Below, piece after piece: positions 1 to 8,588 of a stretch of DNA of 64,000 nucleotides (its first letter is position 1; each line of letters opens with the position of its first letter). The stretch is from contig USGP01000004.1 of assembly GCA_900554315.1 (NCBI GenBank), forward strand, positions 4,174-68,173. The letters run 5' to 3'. Source of the DNA: an uncultured Mycoplasmatota bacterium. Lineage in GTDB: Bacteria; Bacillota_I; Bacilli_A; RF39; UBA660. Under the pieces are notes generated by a model, which saw only the letters and a program-made list of their open reading frames with translations, was not told the origin of the DNA and did not search any database. A program made the position numbers and the translations under genes.

Positions 1-270
1 ATATTCTCTAAATAATAATCCAAAAGATGAATATTTTATGCCATTTTCTCTTACCTCAGCATCTTCTTGATGATGATCATATTTTCCTCGGCCAATATCG
101 TATACTATAGCATCTTTTCTAATTTTATCTTCTTCTACGTGTGGTACTCTCATTAATATTACATCATGTTTATATAAATCTAAAAATGCAGTTGCAAATA
201 CTTCATCTGCATGCATGGTACCACTGTGAGTGATATACTTTGCTTGTTTTAAATCTGTAACTAATTTCAT
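1..270 (-). CDS. MYG1/UPF0160-family metal-dependent hydrolase, N-terminal part only (gene runs off the window edge)
   Basis: Own translation of the minus strand from ATG at 268-270: MKLVTDLKQAKYITHSGTMHADEVFATAFLDLYKHDVILMRV... The THSGxxHxDE motif is typical of the MYG1 family. Absent from the ORF track because it is truncated. Confidence 0.55.
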   Translation of the reverse strand, partial: MKLVTDLKQAKYITHSGTMHADEVFATAFLDLYKHDVILMRVPHVEEDKIRKDAIVYDIGRGKYDHHQEDAEVRENGIKYSSFGLLFREY

Positions 271-311
271 ATTTTCCTCTCATTTCTGTTGCTATTATAT
301 CATATTTTTGT

Positions 312-342
312 AAAAAAAAAGAACAGATCTCTGTTCTTTTTT
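312..342 (-). terminator. Rho-independent terminator after the giant gene
   Basis: GAACAG-atct-CTGTTC hairpin (321-336) flanked by an A9 run and a T6 run; overlaps the stop codon at 341-343. Confidence 0.7.
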
Positions 343-3300
343 ATGCGGATTTTTGCATAGATACTTCTTCTTGAGCTTCTTGTTCTGCTACAAAGTCGCT
401 TACCATTTCTGTTAATTCATTTCCATATTTATTTGATTTTCTTGGACTATATTGACTATCCATTGCTGATGCAACTTTGCTTGCTAAAACTACAGCAGAA
501 GCAGAACCTAATAATGTTGTTGCCATATCGCTTGGCATACCTTGTAATGCTTGTACTTGTTCTACTGTTAAGCCTGCTAATTCGTCTCCAAGATTTGTAA
601 CATCTACCATTCCTTGATTCATCTTATCGATAGCATCAGGGTGTTGTGCAATATATTCTAATGCAGAACCTAAACCATCCAAAGTAAATTGTGGATGAGA
701 TGGTGCATATTGATTAAAGATTGGTAATGCTTGAGCAACCAAATCATTAAATTGTTGTTGTGTTTGACTTGAAACCTCGCTAATTTTCTGTAAAGCTTCA
801 GCTTGTGTAAGTGCTCCTGTTGCATATTGTGAACCAATATCTGTTAATTGGCTATGAGCTTGGTCATATGTATTTTGTGTTATTTCATGCCATAAATCGT
901 CTCCTTGTTGATATGTATCACTACTTAGTGCCCAACCTCCATGCTCTAAAGCTGAATTATCTAAGTTCATCCTTTCATGGGTATTACCAATATTATTGAT
1001 ATCTTGGTAAGCTTGAGCTTGCATTCCTTCAGCAAAATCTCCACGTTTTGCACTAATATCTTGACCAATTTGATGTGCTCTATCCATAGATGCTTGATTT
1101 GCGGCATTGACATCTTGAACATGTTGATTATGAGCATCTACAGCCTTTGGAGTTTCTAGCATATGAGTTCTAATCGCATTGGCTGCAGCAAGTGAAGAAA
1201 CAGCTATTGAGACTGATGTAAATAATTTTTTTACAAATGGGTCATCTCTATAATCAAGTTCTCCAACTAATGGAGAATATTGTAGTCTACCTACAGAACG
1301 TTCTCCCATAAGTCCTTTTTTGATTTCTGTTTCTTTACTCTTAAGAGTTTCCATACCAATGAAGGCTTCTAGTGCTTCTTCATCTTTTCCAGCTGCACAA
1401 GCTGTTTTTTCAGCGGTATCTAATTTACCAAGGCTGTCTAATATTGCAGCCTGTTTTTCATCAAATCCATAATCTTTGGCAAATCTTAATCCTTGTAGGT
1501 TCATTTTAGATCCAGCAGCTTTTACATCTGATGAGAATCCTTGTAATCCATTTGAGTATAGTGCATCTCCTTCATTACGAATCTCTCTAGTTTCTTTTAC
1601 TAAAGCAGCACTTCCTTTTAGAGCTTCTTGTCTTGCTATTGTAATTCTATCCTTTTCTTCTTCTGAAATATTAGGATCTGCTAATTGTTTATCATATTGT
1701 TGAACTGTTCTATATGTTGCGAATAATGTTTGATAATTCGTACTAATTCTTTTATTAATCTCTGTTACTTTCTTTTCTGTGTCAGGTCTTACAATAGTAT
1801 CTAATATTGCATCATTTAATGGTGCAAATCCTTGATCTTTTAGTTCTACTATTCTTCCTGCTTTATATTCTTGTAAAATTACTTCTTTATCTTCTGGAGG
1901 TAATTTTTCTAGATTTTTTCTAATAATCTTTCCTATATCTTCTTGACCAGTAAACTTTAAGGCAATCTTAGAAATTAATTTATATCCAGCTTTAAATGGG
2001 ACACTCAAAATACCTGGTAATGCACTTACTATTGTATATAGCTTATTTCCCATTTTTAGGTCAGCCATAAAAGATTGTCCAACTTTAATATTAGCAGCTT
2101 TTAATCTCTTTCCGGTCTTTTTGTTGATTTCTAAAGGTTTTCCATCTTTATCTTTTAGAACATCACTTAGTATTGCATATAATGCTCTACCTTGTTTTTG
2201 TTCTTCTTTAATTGGCTCATCATCGTTTCCTCCACCAGAAGGGCCGTTACCATCATCATCTCCGCCACCTGAAGGACCATTTCCACCGCCTGGTGAATCT
2301 GGTTTTTTATCTTTTTCATATGGTATGATTTCTTTCTTTTTATCATCATATGGTACAATTTCTTTTTTGCTATCATCCACTACTGCTGGAACTTGTTTTT
2401 CACCTTTATCTTTTTTATCTTCATCGTTTGTTGAAGGCTTTTTGGTTCCTTCATATGGAATAATCTCTTTCTTACTACCATCTACTACTGCTGGAACTTT
2501 TTTGTCTCCTTTATCTTTTTTATCTTCAGCATTTGTTTGATGCTCTTTAATTCCTTCTGATGGTACGATTTCTTTTTTACTACTATCATATGGTACGATT
2601 TCTTTCTTTCCTGGAGTAGTCTCTTTTAATTTTTCTTGAGCTTCACTAAGCTTTTTACCTTCGTTTCTCAAATGATCAATAATATTTTGACGTTCTCTTT
2701 GATACTCTTCTTCTGAAAGATTATTTCTAGCTTCTTCTAGTTGTCTCATTTCGTCATCTAGATGTTTAATTTCTTCTTGCGCTTGTCTTACTGCGACTTC
2801 TTCAGGTGTTTCATTTTCAGTTTGTTGTCTTATTTCTTGCTGATCAGGATTAAAGTTTCCATAGTTTTGATTTGAAACATATGCTCCTTCTTGTAAGGTT
2901 GGACCATATTCGTTTGTTAAAAAGTCATTATATTGTTCAGAGGTTTCTCCAACTCTTTGTAATCTTGGCTGTGGAATATTCGTATTTGGATAATGCAATA
3001 CTTTTCCATCCTCATCTGTTAAGAATGCTGGATTATGTTCCTCAGATAATGATCTAACATCTTCTCCTTCTCTAACATATCCCTGTTGTTCCAGTGCTGG
3101 TCTATATTCATTGTCTAAAAAGTTTTGATACTCTTCTGCTGTTTCATTTGCACCTCTAGGTCTTGGTTGTGGGAATGTTGTATCTGGATAATAGATAACA
3201 TTACCATCTCTATTACGTCTATAGTTAGGATTTGTTCTTTCATCTCTTCTTCTAACTAGAGCTCCGGAATACATATCATCAATTCTTCTTAATACATCAG

Positions 3301-5245
3301 GTTCATTTTCATGAGCATTCCTAGTATCTCTATATAAGCTTTGAAAATCGAAAAATGGCATTGCATGCGGATTGAAATCTGGTGATAACATATCATCTTG
3401 AGTTTCTACAGTACCATCTGTTGTTCCTTCTGATCCAGTATCATCTGTTTGAGTATTTTGTTCTCCTACTGGTACGATTTCTCTTCCTGGGGTTACTGCT
3501 ACCCTTGTTTCTTCTTGAGCATCTGTAGTACCGGCTGTTCCAGTATTACCTGTTTGAGTATTTTGTTCTCCTACTGGTACAATTTCTCTTCCCGGAGTTA
3601 CCGCTACTCTTGTTTCTTCTGGTGATGTGGCTTGTACTTCTCTTAAGGTATTATTTGCTTCTTGTAATCTGTTTCCTTCTGCACGCATATATTGTAAAAT
3701 ATTTTGTCTTTCGTTGTTATATTCTTCTTCTGTCATAGTATTTCTTGCTGCTTCTAATTGTCTCATCATATCATTCAAGTGTGCTAGTTCTTCTTGAGAA
3801 GTTCTAACAGCAGCTTCTTCTGGTGTTTCTTCGTTTGTTTGTTGTCTTACTTCTTGTTGGTCTGGATTAAAGTTTCCATAGTTTTGATTTGAAATATATG
3901 CACCTTCTTGTAGAGTTGGACCGTAGACATTTGTTAGAAATTCATTATATTGTTCTGGAGTTTCTCCAACTCTTTGTAATCTTGGTTGTGGTATATTCGT
4001 ATTTGGATAATGTAATACATTTCCCGAATTATCTGTTAAGAATGCAGGGTTTTTACTTTCTGCTAAAGCTCTTACATCTTGTCCTTCTTGAATATAACCT
4101 TCTCTTCTTAATGCTGGTTCATATTCTGTTTCTAGGTACCTTTGATAATCATCAAAAGATTCACTTGCACCTCTTGTTCTTGGTTGTGGGAATGTCGTTT
4201 CCGGATAGTACATTACGTTACCGTTTCTATCTCTTCTATAACTTTGTTCTGATCTTTCTCTTCCTCTTCTAACTAATACATCAGAATATATATTATCGAT
4301 TGTTCTTAAAGCTTCTGGTTCGTTTTCGTGAGCTGCTCTTGTATCTTGATATAGGCTTTGGAAATCGAAAAATGGCATTGTGTGTGGGTTGAAATCTGGT
4401 GATAACATATCAGTTGTGGATGATGATACTACATTTTCATTACTTTCATTACGAACTTCTTGTTGTTCGTTCAGGTCTCTTGATAATTGTTCTAACTGGC
4501 TCTCTGTAAGGAATCCTCTGTATGTTTTTGCTTCCTCTTCTAATCTTTCTAGCTCTTCTGAATCCATTCCTGTAGTTTCAGCTTCTTGAAATGCTCTGGT
4601 ACTTGATAAGGCTCTATCGTAAGCAGTTTGTCTATATTCAGCAAGTTGTGTTTGATATTGTGCTAGTTCTAGTTCTAAAGCATTACGTCTAGTTTCATAT
4701 TCTTCATCCGTCATTGTGTAGCCATTGATTTCTAATGTTCTAAGATCATCTGTAACCCTTGATATATTTCCTTGGGCGTCACTAATTTGGTTGGCTAAGG
4801 TTCTTTCTTCTCCAGTTACAGATAAAGCAGGACGTGGAGTTGGGCCCGGCAATCCTACAGGTGTTGTTCTTATGCTTTCTTCTACTTTTTGTCTTGCTCT
4901 TGCTATTTGGGCTTGGATTCTTACGTTTATTGGAAGCTGTTCAATACGGGCATCAATGTCACTAAATAGATTTTCTCTTTGTGCTTCAATTTCTTCAGCA
5001 GTCTGATTTTCTGAAGGAACCTCTTGGCTTAATCTTTCTACTTCTCTATAATCGTTTACGATTGTATTAGCATTTTCTAATTCTCTATTTAGTCCAGCTA
5101 TTCTTTGTTCTATTGAAAACCTTCTATTATTTATCGTATCATCTGTTTCTGTTATTCCTTCTAGTCCTCTTAACTCTCTTTGCAATTGCCCAATTTGACT
5201 TTGATATGATGCAATCAAATTTGTATATATACTTAAATCATTCAT
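341..5245 (-). CDS. Giant (1634 aa) leaderless repeat protein of unknown function: coiled-coil-like head, two ~339-aa repeats, EIVP mini-repeats, Gly-rich spacer, ~600-aa C-terminal region with weakly hydrophobic Ala/Ser-rich segments and an acidic tail
   Basis: Uninterrupted 4.9-kb ORF. AAGGAG Shine-Dalgarno 8 nt upstream of ATG 5243-5245. No signal peptide. Internal repeats are visible in both protein and DNA. No catalytic motif recognised. Confidence 0.85.
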   Translation of the reverse strand: MNDLSIYTNLIASYQSQIGQLQRELRGLEGITETDDTINNRRFSIEQRIAGLNRELENANTIVNDYREVERLSQEVPSENQTAEEIEAQRENLFSDIDARIEQLPINVRIQAQIARARQKVEESIRTTPVGLPGPTPRPALSVTGEERTLANQISDAQGNISRVTDDLRTLEINGYTMTDEEYETRRNALELELAQYQTQLAEYRQTAYDRALSSTRAFQEAETTGMDSEELERLEEEAKTYRGFLTESQLEQLSRDLNEQQEVRNESNENVVSSSTTDMLSPDFNPHTMPFFDFQSLYQDTRAAHENEPEALRTIDNIYSDVLVRRGRERSEQSYRRDRNGNVMYYPETTFPQPRTRGASESFDDYQRYLETEYEPALRREGYIQEGQDVRALAESKNPAFLTDNSGNVLHYPNTNIPQPRLQRVGETPEQYNEFLTNVYGPTLQEGAYISNQNYGNFNPDQQEVRQQTNEETPEEAAVRTSQEELAHLNDMMRQLEAARNTMTEEEYNNERQNILQYMRAEGNRLQEANNTLREVQATSPEETRVAVTPGREIVPVGEQNTQTGNTGTAGTTDAQEETRVAVTPGREIVPVGEQNTQTDDTGSEGTTDGTVETQDDMLSPDFNPHAMPFFDFQSLYRDTRNAHENEPDVLRRIDDMYSGALVRRRDERTNPNYRRNRDGNVIYYPDTTFPQPRPRGANETAEEYQNFLDNEYRPALEQQGYVREGEDVRSLSEEHNPAFLTDEDGKVLHYPNTNIPQPRLQRVGETSEQYNDFLTNEYGPTLQEGAYVSNQNYGNFNPDQQEIRQQTENETPEEVAVRQAQEEIKHLDDEMRQLEEARNNLSEEEYQRERQNIIDHLRNEGKKLSEAQEKLKETTPGKKEIVPYDSSKKEIVPSEGIKEHQTNAEDKKDKGDKKVPAVVDGSKKEIIPYEGTKKPSTNDEDKKDKGEKQVPAVVDDSKKEIVPYDDKKKEIIPYEKDKKPDSPGGGNGPSGGGDDDGNGPSGGGNDDEPIKEEQKQGRALYAILSDVLKDKDGKPLEINKKTGKRLKAANIKVGQSFMADLKMGNKLYTIVSALPGILSVPFKAGYKLISKIALKFTGQEDIGKIIRKNLEKLPPEDKEVILQEYKAGRIVELKDQGFAPLNDAILDTIVRPDTEKKVTEINKRISTNYQTLFATYRTVQQYDKQLADPNISEEEKDRITIARQEALKGSAALVKETREIRNEGDALYSNGLQGFSSDVKAAGSKMNLQGLRFAKDYGFDEKQAAILDSLGKLDTAEKTACAAGKDEEALEAFIGMETLKSKETEIKKGLMGERSVGRLQYSPLVGELDYRDDPFVKKLFTSVSIAVSSLAAANAIRTHMLETPKAVDAHNQHVQDVNAANQASMDRAHQIGQDISAKRGDFAEGMQAQAYQDINNIGNTHERMNLDNSALEHGGWALSSDTYQQGDDLWHEITQNTYDQAHSQLTDIGSQYATGALTQAEALQKISEVSSQTQQQFNDLVAQALPIFNQYAPSHPQFTLDGLGSALEYIAQHPDAIDKMNQGMVDVTNLGDELAGLTVEQVQALQGMPSDMATTLLGSASAVVLASKVASAMDSQYSPRKSNKYGNELTEMVSDFVAEQEAQEEVSMQKSA
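2219..2290 (-). repeat. Gly-rich repeat GGGNGPSGGGDDD / GNGPSGGGNDD
   Basis: Translation residues ~986-1009. Confidence 0.8.
2306..2614 (-). repeat. Lys-rich mini-repeats: KKEI(V/I)P x6, nested in a 35-aa unit (KKEIxPxEGxK...DKKDKGxKxVPAVVDxS) x2
   Basis: Read from translation residues ~878-980; the DNA shows the matching recurring tggtacgatttctttctt strings. Confidence 0.85.
2612..4408 (-). repeat. In-frame tandem duplication, period 1017 nt (339 aa), copies starting at codons 280 and 619
   Basis: Both copies start MLSPDFNPH(T/A)MPFFDFQSLY (ATG at 4406-4408 and 3389-3391). DNA identity is about 85% by eye (e.g. 2860-3030 vs 3877-4050). Each copy holds two GNVxYYPxTxFPQPR...Y..FL...Y.P.L...GY modules. 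Confidence 0.9.
3410..3619 (-). repeat. Two near-identical 105-nt (35-aa) tandem units encoding EETRVAVTPGREIVPVGEQNTQT
   Basis: tgtttgagtattttgttctcctactggtac... begins at both 3446 and 3551. Only a few, mostly synonymous, differences. Confidence 0.9.
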
Positions 5246-5258
5246 TTGTTATCACTCC

Positions 5259-5528
5259 TTAAGCTTGTTTTGCAATTTCTTCTAACACGTCATGGACCAT
5301 ATCCAGTTCTTCTTGTGTCTGTATTTCTTTTAATTCTTTTTTCTCAGCATTCATATTGTAATATGCTATATATATTACTTCTCTATTATTTTGATCTATA
5401 CTGTGATCTGTGTAACCAACATATGTTCTTTGTAATTCTTCATTGTCAAATGTGAAAAGAATATCACACTCTACTTCTTTTCCATCTTTGGCAATGACAA
5501 TTTTTCCTAATTCATCAACTATATCCAT
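5259..5528 (-). CDS. DUF1292/UPF0473-like small protein
   Basis: 89 aa; GGAGGA Shine-Dalgarno. The pattern (short acidic protein with ...ECDILFTFDNEE...YVGYTD) resembles the YrzB/DUF1292 family. Confidence 0.6.
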   Translation of the reverse strand: MDIVDELGKIVIAKDGKEVECDILFTFDNEELQRTYVGYTDHSIDQNNREVIYIAYYNMNAEKKELKEIQTQEELDMVHDVLEEIAKQA

Positions 5529-5542
5529 TTTGTCCTCCTGTT

Positions 5543-6145
5543 TTATTTTTCTTTTGTAAATTCTACTTCTACATAATCATCTTCACTTGGCTCTTGTTTT
5601 TGTGTAAGTTTGAATGTATATGTTACTTGTTGTTTTTTATCTTTTCTTAAATGTAGATCTGTTATTTTCTTTTTACCTTGTAATAATTCAAAGTTTTCTT
5701 TTGAACTATATACTTCTACAGCAATATCACTACCTCTACTTGTAGTTACTTTCATTTGATAATTCATAGTTTTTGTATTAATATTATCATCATCAATATA
5801 ATTCTTTGCTAAAATACGATATTCTTTACTTTGATTTTTTTCTACATCATCCATAGCGATTTTTATATTTACTCCGTCTGATAATTCTTCTTCTGTAATT
5901 GGTACTTGAATGTCATATTTTGTTTTTTCATTGTTACCATTTTCTGTAATCATAACTGTTGCTAAAACAAATACTACTACACATAATACTAAGAATATTA
6001 CTAATAAGATTTTTGTTGCTAAGTCTTTTTCTTGCTTTTTACCTTTCTTTGTTTTGGTTGACTTTTTTACTGTTTTCTTTTTTGGTTCTTCCTTTGTTGT
6101 TACCGCTTTTTTCTTTTTTGTATCTTTTGATTTTGTGTTTGCCAT
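5543..6145 (-). CDS. Membrane-anchored protein: Lys-rich cytoplasmic N-terminus, one TM, ~130-aa external domain
   Basis: AGGAGG Shine-Dalgarno; TM ILLVIFLVLCVVVFVLATVMI preceded by about 25 Lys; no known motif. Confidence 0.7.
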   Translation of the reverse strand: MANTKSKDTKKKKAVTTKEEPKKKTVKKSTKTKKGKKQEKDLATKILLVIFLVLCVVVFVLATVMITENGNNEKTKYDIQVPITEEELSDGVNIKIAMDDVEKNQSKEYRILAKNYIDDDNINTKTMNYQMKVTTSRGSDIAVEVYSSKENFELLQGKKKITDLHLRKDKKQQVTYTFKLTQKQEPSEDDYVEVEFTKEK

Positions 6146-6156
6146 TTTTATTCCTC

Positions 6157-6603
6157 CTAATACCTTTCACCATTATAATTTATAAACAAATCTTTACAAG
6201 ATTTATTTTCCATTTGTTCTTCATCTAAAATCTTATTGTTGCCTTTTAAAAATTCATATATATCATCATCTTTAAAACCAATTTCTCTAGCGTCTTTTCG
6301 TGTACTACTATAATAGACTTTTTTTATATTTGCCCAGATGATAGCAGATAAGCACATTGGACAAGGTTCACAAGTACTGTATAGTGTATATTTGCTCAAA
6401 TCTTTGGTCTGTAACTTTTGACAAGCCATACGGATTGCATTTATCTCTGCATGAGCTGTTGGATCGTTACTTTTTAACACTTCATTATGAGCCAGTGCAA
6501 CGATGTTTCCTTGTTCATCTACGATTACCGCTCCAAAAGGACCACCTTCTTGATTCTGTATTCCTTTTTTTGCTTCTTCAGCCGCCTCTTCTAAGTAATT
6601 CAC
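6157..6603 (-). CDS. guaD: CDA-fold nucleoside/nucleobase deaminase, guanine deaminase (GuaD)-like
   Basis: GTG start with GGGGAGG Shine-Dalgarno. Motifs GGPFGAVIV, DPTAHAE and STCEPCPMC are close to B. subtilis GuaD as I recall it; TadA is the alternative. Confidence 0.7.
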   Translation of the reverse strand: MNYLEEAAEEAKKGIQNQEGGPFGAVIVDEQGNIVALAHNEVLKSNDPTAHAEINAIRMACQKLQTKDLSKYTLYSTCEPCPMCLSAIIWANIKKVYYSSTRKDAREIGFKDDDIYEFLKGNNKILDEEQMENKSCKDLFINYNGERY

Positions 6604-6616
6604 GTTTTTTCCTCCC

Positions 6617-7942
6617 CTAACTCATTAACTGTGTTAAAACAGTTGTTATTTTTTGATTTAATAATTCTTGCTGTGTTCCATCTATAGAACTTGCTAATAC
6701 TGATGTTGAGGTATCTTCTGTTATTTTAGTATCGTTTGTGACTTTAGCATCTAAAGTAATGGTTCCATTTATTATATTTGTATTTTGTGATGTAACATTA
6801 AGTGTAATACTAGATTGTTTATCATAAGATTTCCCTTTTTTAAGATTTGTTTTTTGTGAATTGTATCCAAAATCTATTGTTGTAGAATCAGATTGTATTT
6901 TGGCTACAATATCATAGTTGGTACTTGTTTTACTTATAGAGATGTTTCCCAGATTATTTCCTTCTTCATCTGTTATATCAATCACTGTTTTATCTTTTTC
7001 TGTCGTGATTGTTAAAATTGTTGTACTTTCTTCTGACTTTATTTCCACTGTTTTCTTATTGTTTGTGTCTGTATATGTGATAGAATTATCATTTTCATCT
7101 TCTAATATATATTTTTCATTTTTTAATGTTAACTTATTAGAATAAATATGAAGTTTTATTGTTCCTTGTCCTTTTACGTCTTCTGCTGTTAATTTTACTT
7201 TATCAAATTCTGGATCATATCCTAATAATATTTGGTGAGCTTTGTCATCTTTTTTTAAGTCTTTTAGTACGGCATTTCCTAATGTGACTGAATCTTTTTC
7301 TGTTAGTGTTAAAGTAATGACTTTATAGTTGTCTTGATAGGTTGTTGTTAAATAGTCATCTTTTATATTGTTACCTATAGATTCCATTACTTTTTCAATT
7401 ACATACTTTAAATTTTCTTTGGTTGTCGTTGTTGAATTTAGTGATTCAAAATAATTATTATTTCCGTTATTAATATAAGTGGATGTTACTCCATCAATAT
7501 AATAATAGGCAGTGGCATTTTCTATTAAGAATTTCGTATTAAATAAGTTTTGATTGTTTAATTTACTATCGTAATTTACAAATAGTCTTTTATTGTCTTT
7601 ATCATGAATAACTTGAAAATTATTCTGAGTATTGGTTAAGTTTGTGAGTAACTTGGCGGTGGTAGCATAGTCGGGATTGGTTGTAGATAGTCCTTGGTAA
7701 TAATCGCTTTGTAAGTTTATCTTTAATGTCCCACTCATTTGATAATTGTCTTCTAGACCGGTTGATTCATCATTACTAAGCCATTTTGTAAGTGATGTTC
7801 CTGTCTCTTTTAATACAGTAGATGCTACATATTTAGGAGATGTTAGATATGTTAAAACTCCACCTGCTGCTAGTAATAGAATACTAATAAAAAGTAAAAA
7901 AACACCAAACTTGTTTTTCTTTTCCTTTTGTACTTTCGCCAT
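6617..7942 (-). CDS. Signal-anchored S/T/N-rich extracytoplasmic protein, unknown function
   Basis: GGAG Shine-Dalgarno; N-terminal TM FGVFLLFISILLLAAGGVLTY; 441 aa with no catalytic motif. Confidence 0.7.
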   Translation of the reverse strand: MAKVQKEKKNKFGVFLLFISILLLAAGGVLTYLTSPKYVASTVLKETGTSLTKWLSNDESTGLEDNYQMSGTLKINLQSDYYQGLSTTNPDYATTAKLLTNLTNTQNNFQVIHDKDNKRLFVNYDSKLNNQNLFNTKFLIENATAYYYIDGVTSTYINNGNNNYFESLNSTTTTKENLKYVIEKVMESIGNNIKDDYLTTTYQDNYKVITLTLTEKDSVTLGNAVLKDLKKDDKAHQILLGYDPEFDKVKLTAEDVKGQGTIKLHIYSNKLTLKNEKYILEDENDNSITYTDTNNKKTVEIKSEESTTILTITTEKDKTVIDITDEEGNNLGNISISKTSTNYDIVAKIQSDSTTIDFGYNSQKTNLKKGKSYDKQSSITLNVTSQNTNIINGTITLDAKVTNDTKITEDTSTSVLASSIDGTQQELLNQKITTVLTQLMS

Positions 7943-8033
7943 TTTTACCCACTCCTATTATATTTATTATAGCAAAGATGTCTTTTATTGTCGATAAAAA
8001 TCATTTTTTTTGTTAGATATGTTTCTTTTTTTA

Positions 8034-8060
8034 CAAAAAAAAGCTCTAATGTGAGCTTTA
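8034..8060 (-). terminator. Rho-independent terminator
   Basis: AAAGCTC-taatgt-GAGCTTT hairpin followed by a T8 run on the minus strand; overlaps the stop codon at 8058-8060. Confidence 0.6.
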
Positions 8061-8588
8061 TTCTATGCATGAAGATAGTATACTGATTTGATATGGTACG
8101 GTTTTGTTCATTGGTTGACCACTGCTTGCAAATTCTGCTGTTACTGTTAGTTTTATTTCTTCTCCGGGATTTAATTCTTGATTGGTAATATCATTATGAT
8201 TAATCATTACTGGTAAAATAGAGTTTGCTTGATTATTGTCCTCTGTATAATTGGGGCTTTCTGCTAAACCATCTATTTTTGCTTTTAAATTCCCATTGTT
8301 TTTAATGGTAATGATATAGGTCAAAGAATCCTTTGGAGTTGACATTTCAAATGTGAAGTCTGCCGTTTTACCATTGTCTATAATATCTGTAGAAGCTGTT
8401 GGCAAAATGGTACCTCCTCTAATTGCAGTTCCTTCTTGAATATCTACAATTTCTACATCGTACATTTTTCCTTCTGCATTTTTTTCCTCTAATTTTATCG
8501 ATATTAGTGTGAAACCAATGCTTAGTAAAATAATTGTTAAGCATAGTACCATAATAATTAGGTTTTTATTATTTATTATTTTTTTCAT
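8058..8588 (-). CDS. Signal-anchored small protein with a beta-rich external domain
   Basis: ATG 8586-8588 overlaps the upstream TGA (ATGA coupling); the ORF-track start at 8594 is a TTG. TM LIIMVLCLTIILLSIGFTLI. Confidence 0.7.
   Translation of the reverse strand: MKKIINNKNLIIMVLCLTIILLSIGFTLISIKLEEKNAEGKMYDVEIVDIQEGTAIRGGTILPTASTDIIDNGKTADFTFEMSTPKDSLTYIITIKNNGNLKAKIDGLAESPNYTEDNNQANSILPVMINHNDITNQELNPGEEIKLTVTAEFASSGQPMNKTVPYQISILSSCIE

Noticed and set aside
2167-2376. Same-strand, out-of-frame internal ORFs (also 23598-23798 and 62831-63025)
   Set aside because: They are embedded in longer ORFs that have recognisable products or repeats; no independent signals.
2121-2540. 139-aa plus-strand ORF rich in Pro/Ser (PPPEGPLPSSSPPPEGP)
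   Set aside because: It is antisense to the Gly- and Lys-rich repeats of the giant minus-strand gene. It has no Shine-Dalgarno, and its composition is just the mirror image of the coding repeats.
3410-3619. Regular 105-bp DNA repeats that could suggest a CRISPR-like or satellite array
   Set aside because: The repeats are in-frame coding repeats inside a continuous ORF. There are no unique spacers of constant length and no cas genes.
6157-6603. tRNA adenosine deaminase TadA as an alternative call
   Set aside because: The GGPFGAVIV N-terminal motif and the CEPCPMCLSAIIWA context look closer to GuaD than to TadA (VPVGAV..., LEPCxMCAGA). This is kept as a caveat, not excluded.
8058-8588. GFTLIS string resembling the type IV prepilin cleavage motif G/FTLIE
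   Set aside because: The motif sits at the end of the hydrophobic helix rather than before it, and the essential Glu at +5 is Ser. The gene was therefore called only as a signal-anchored protein.
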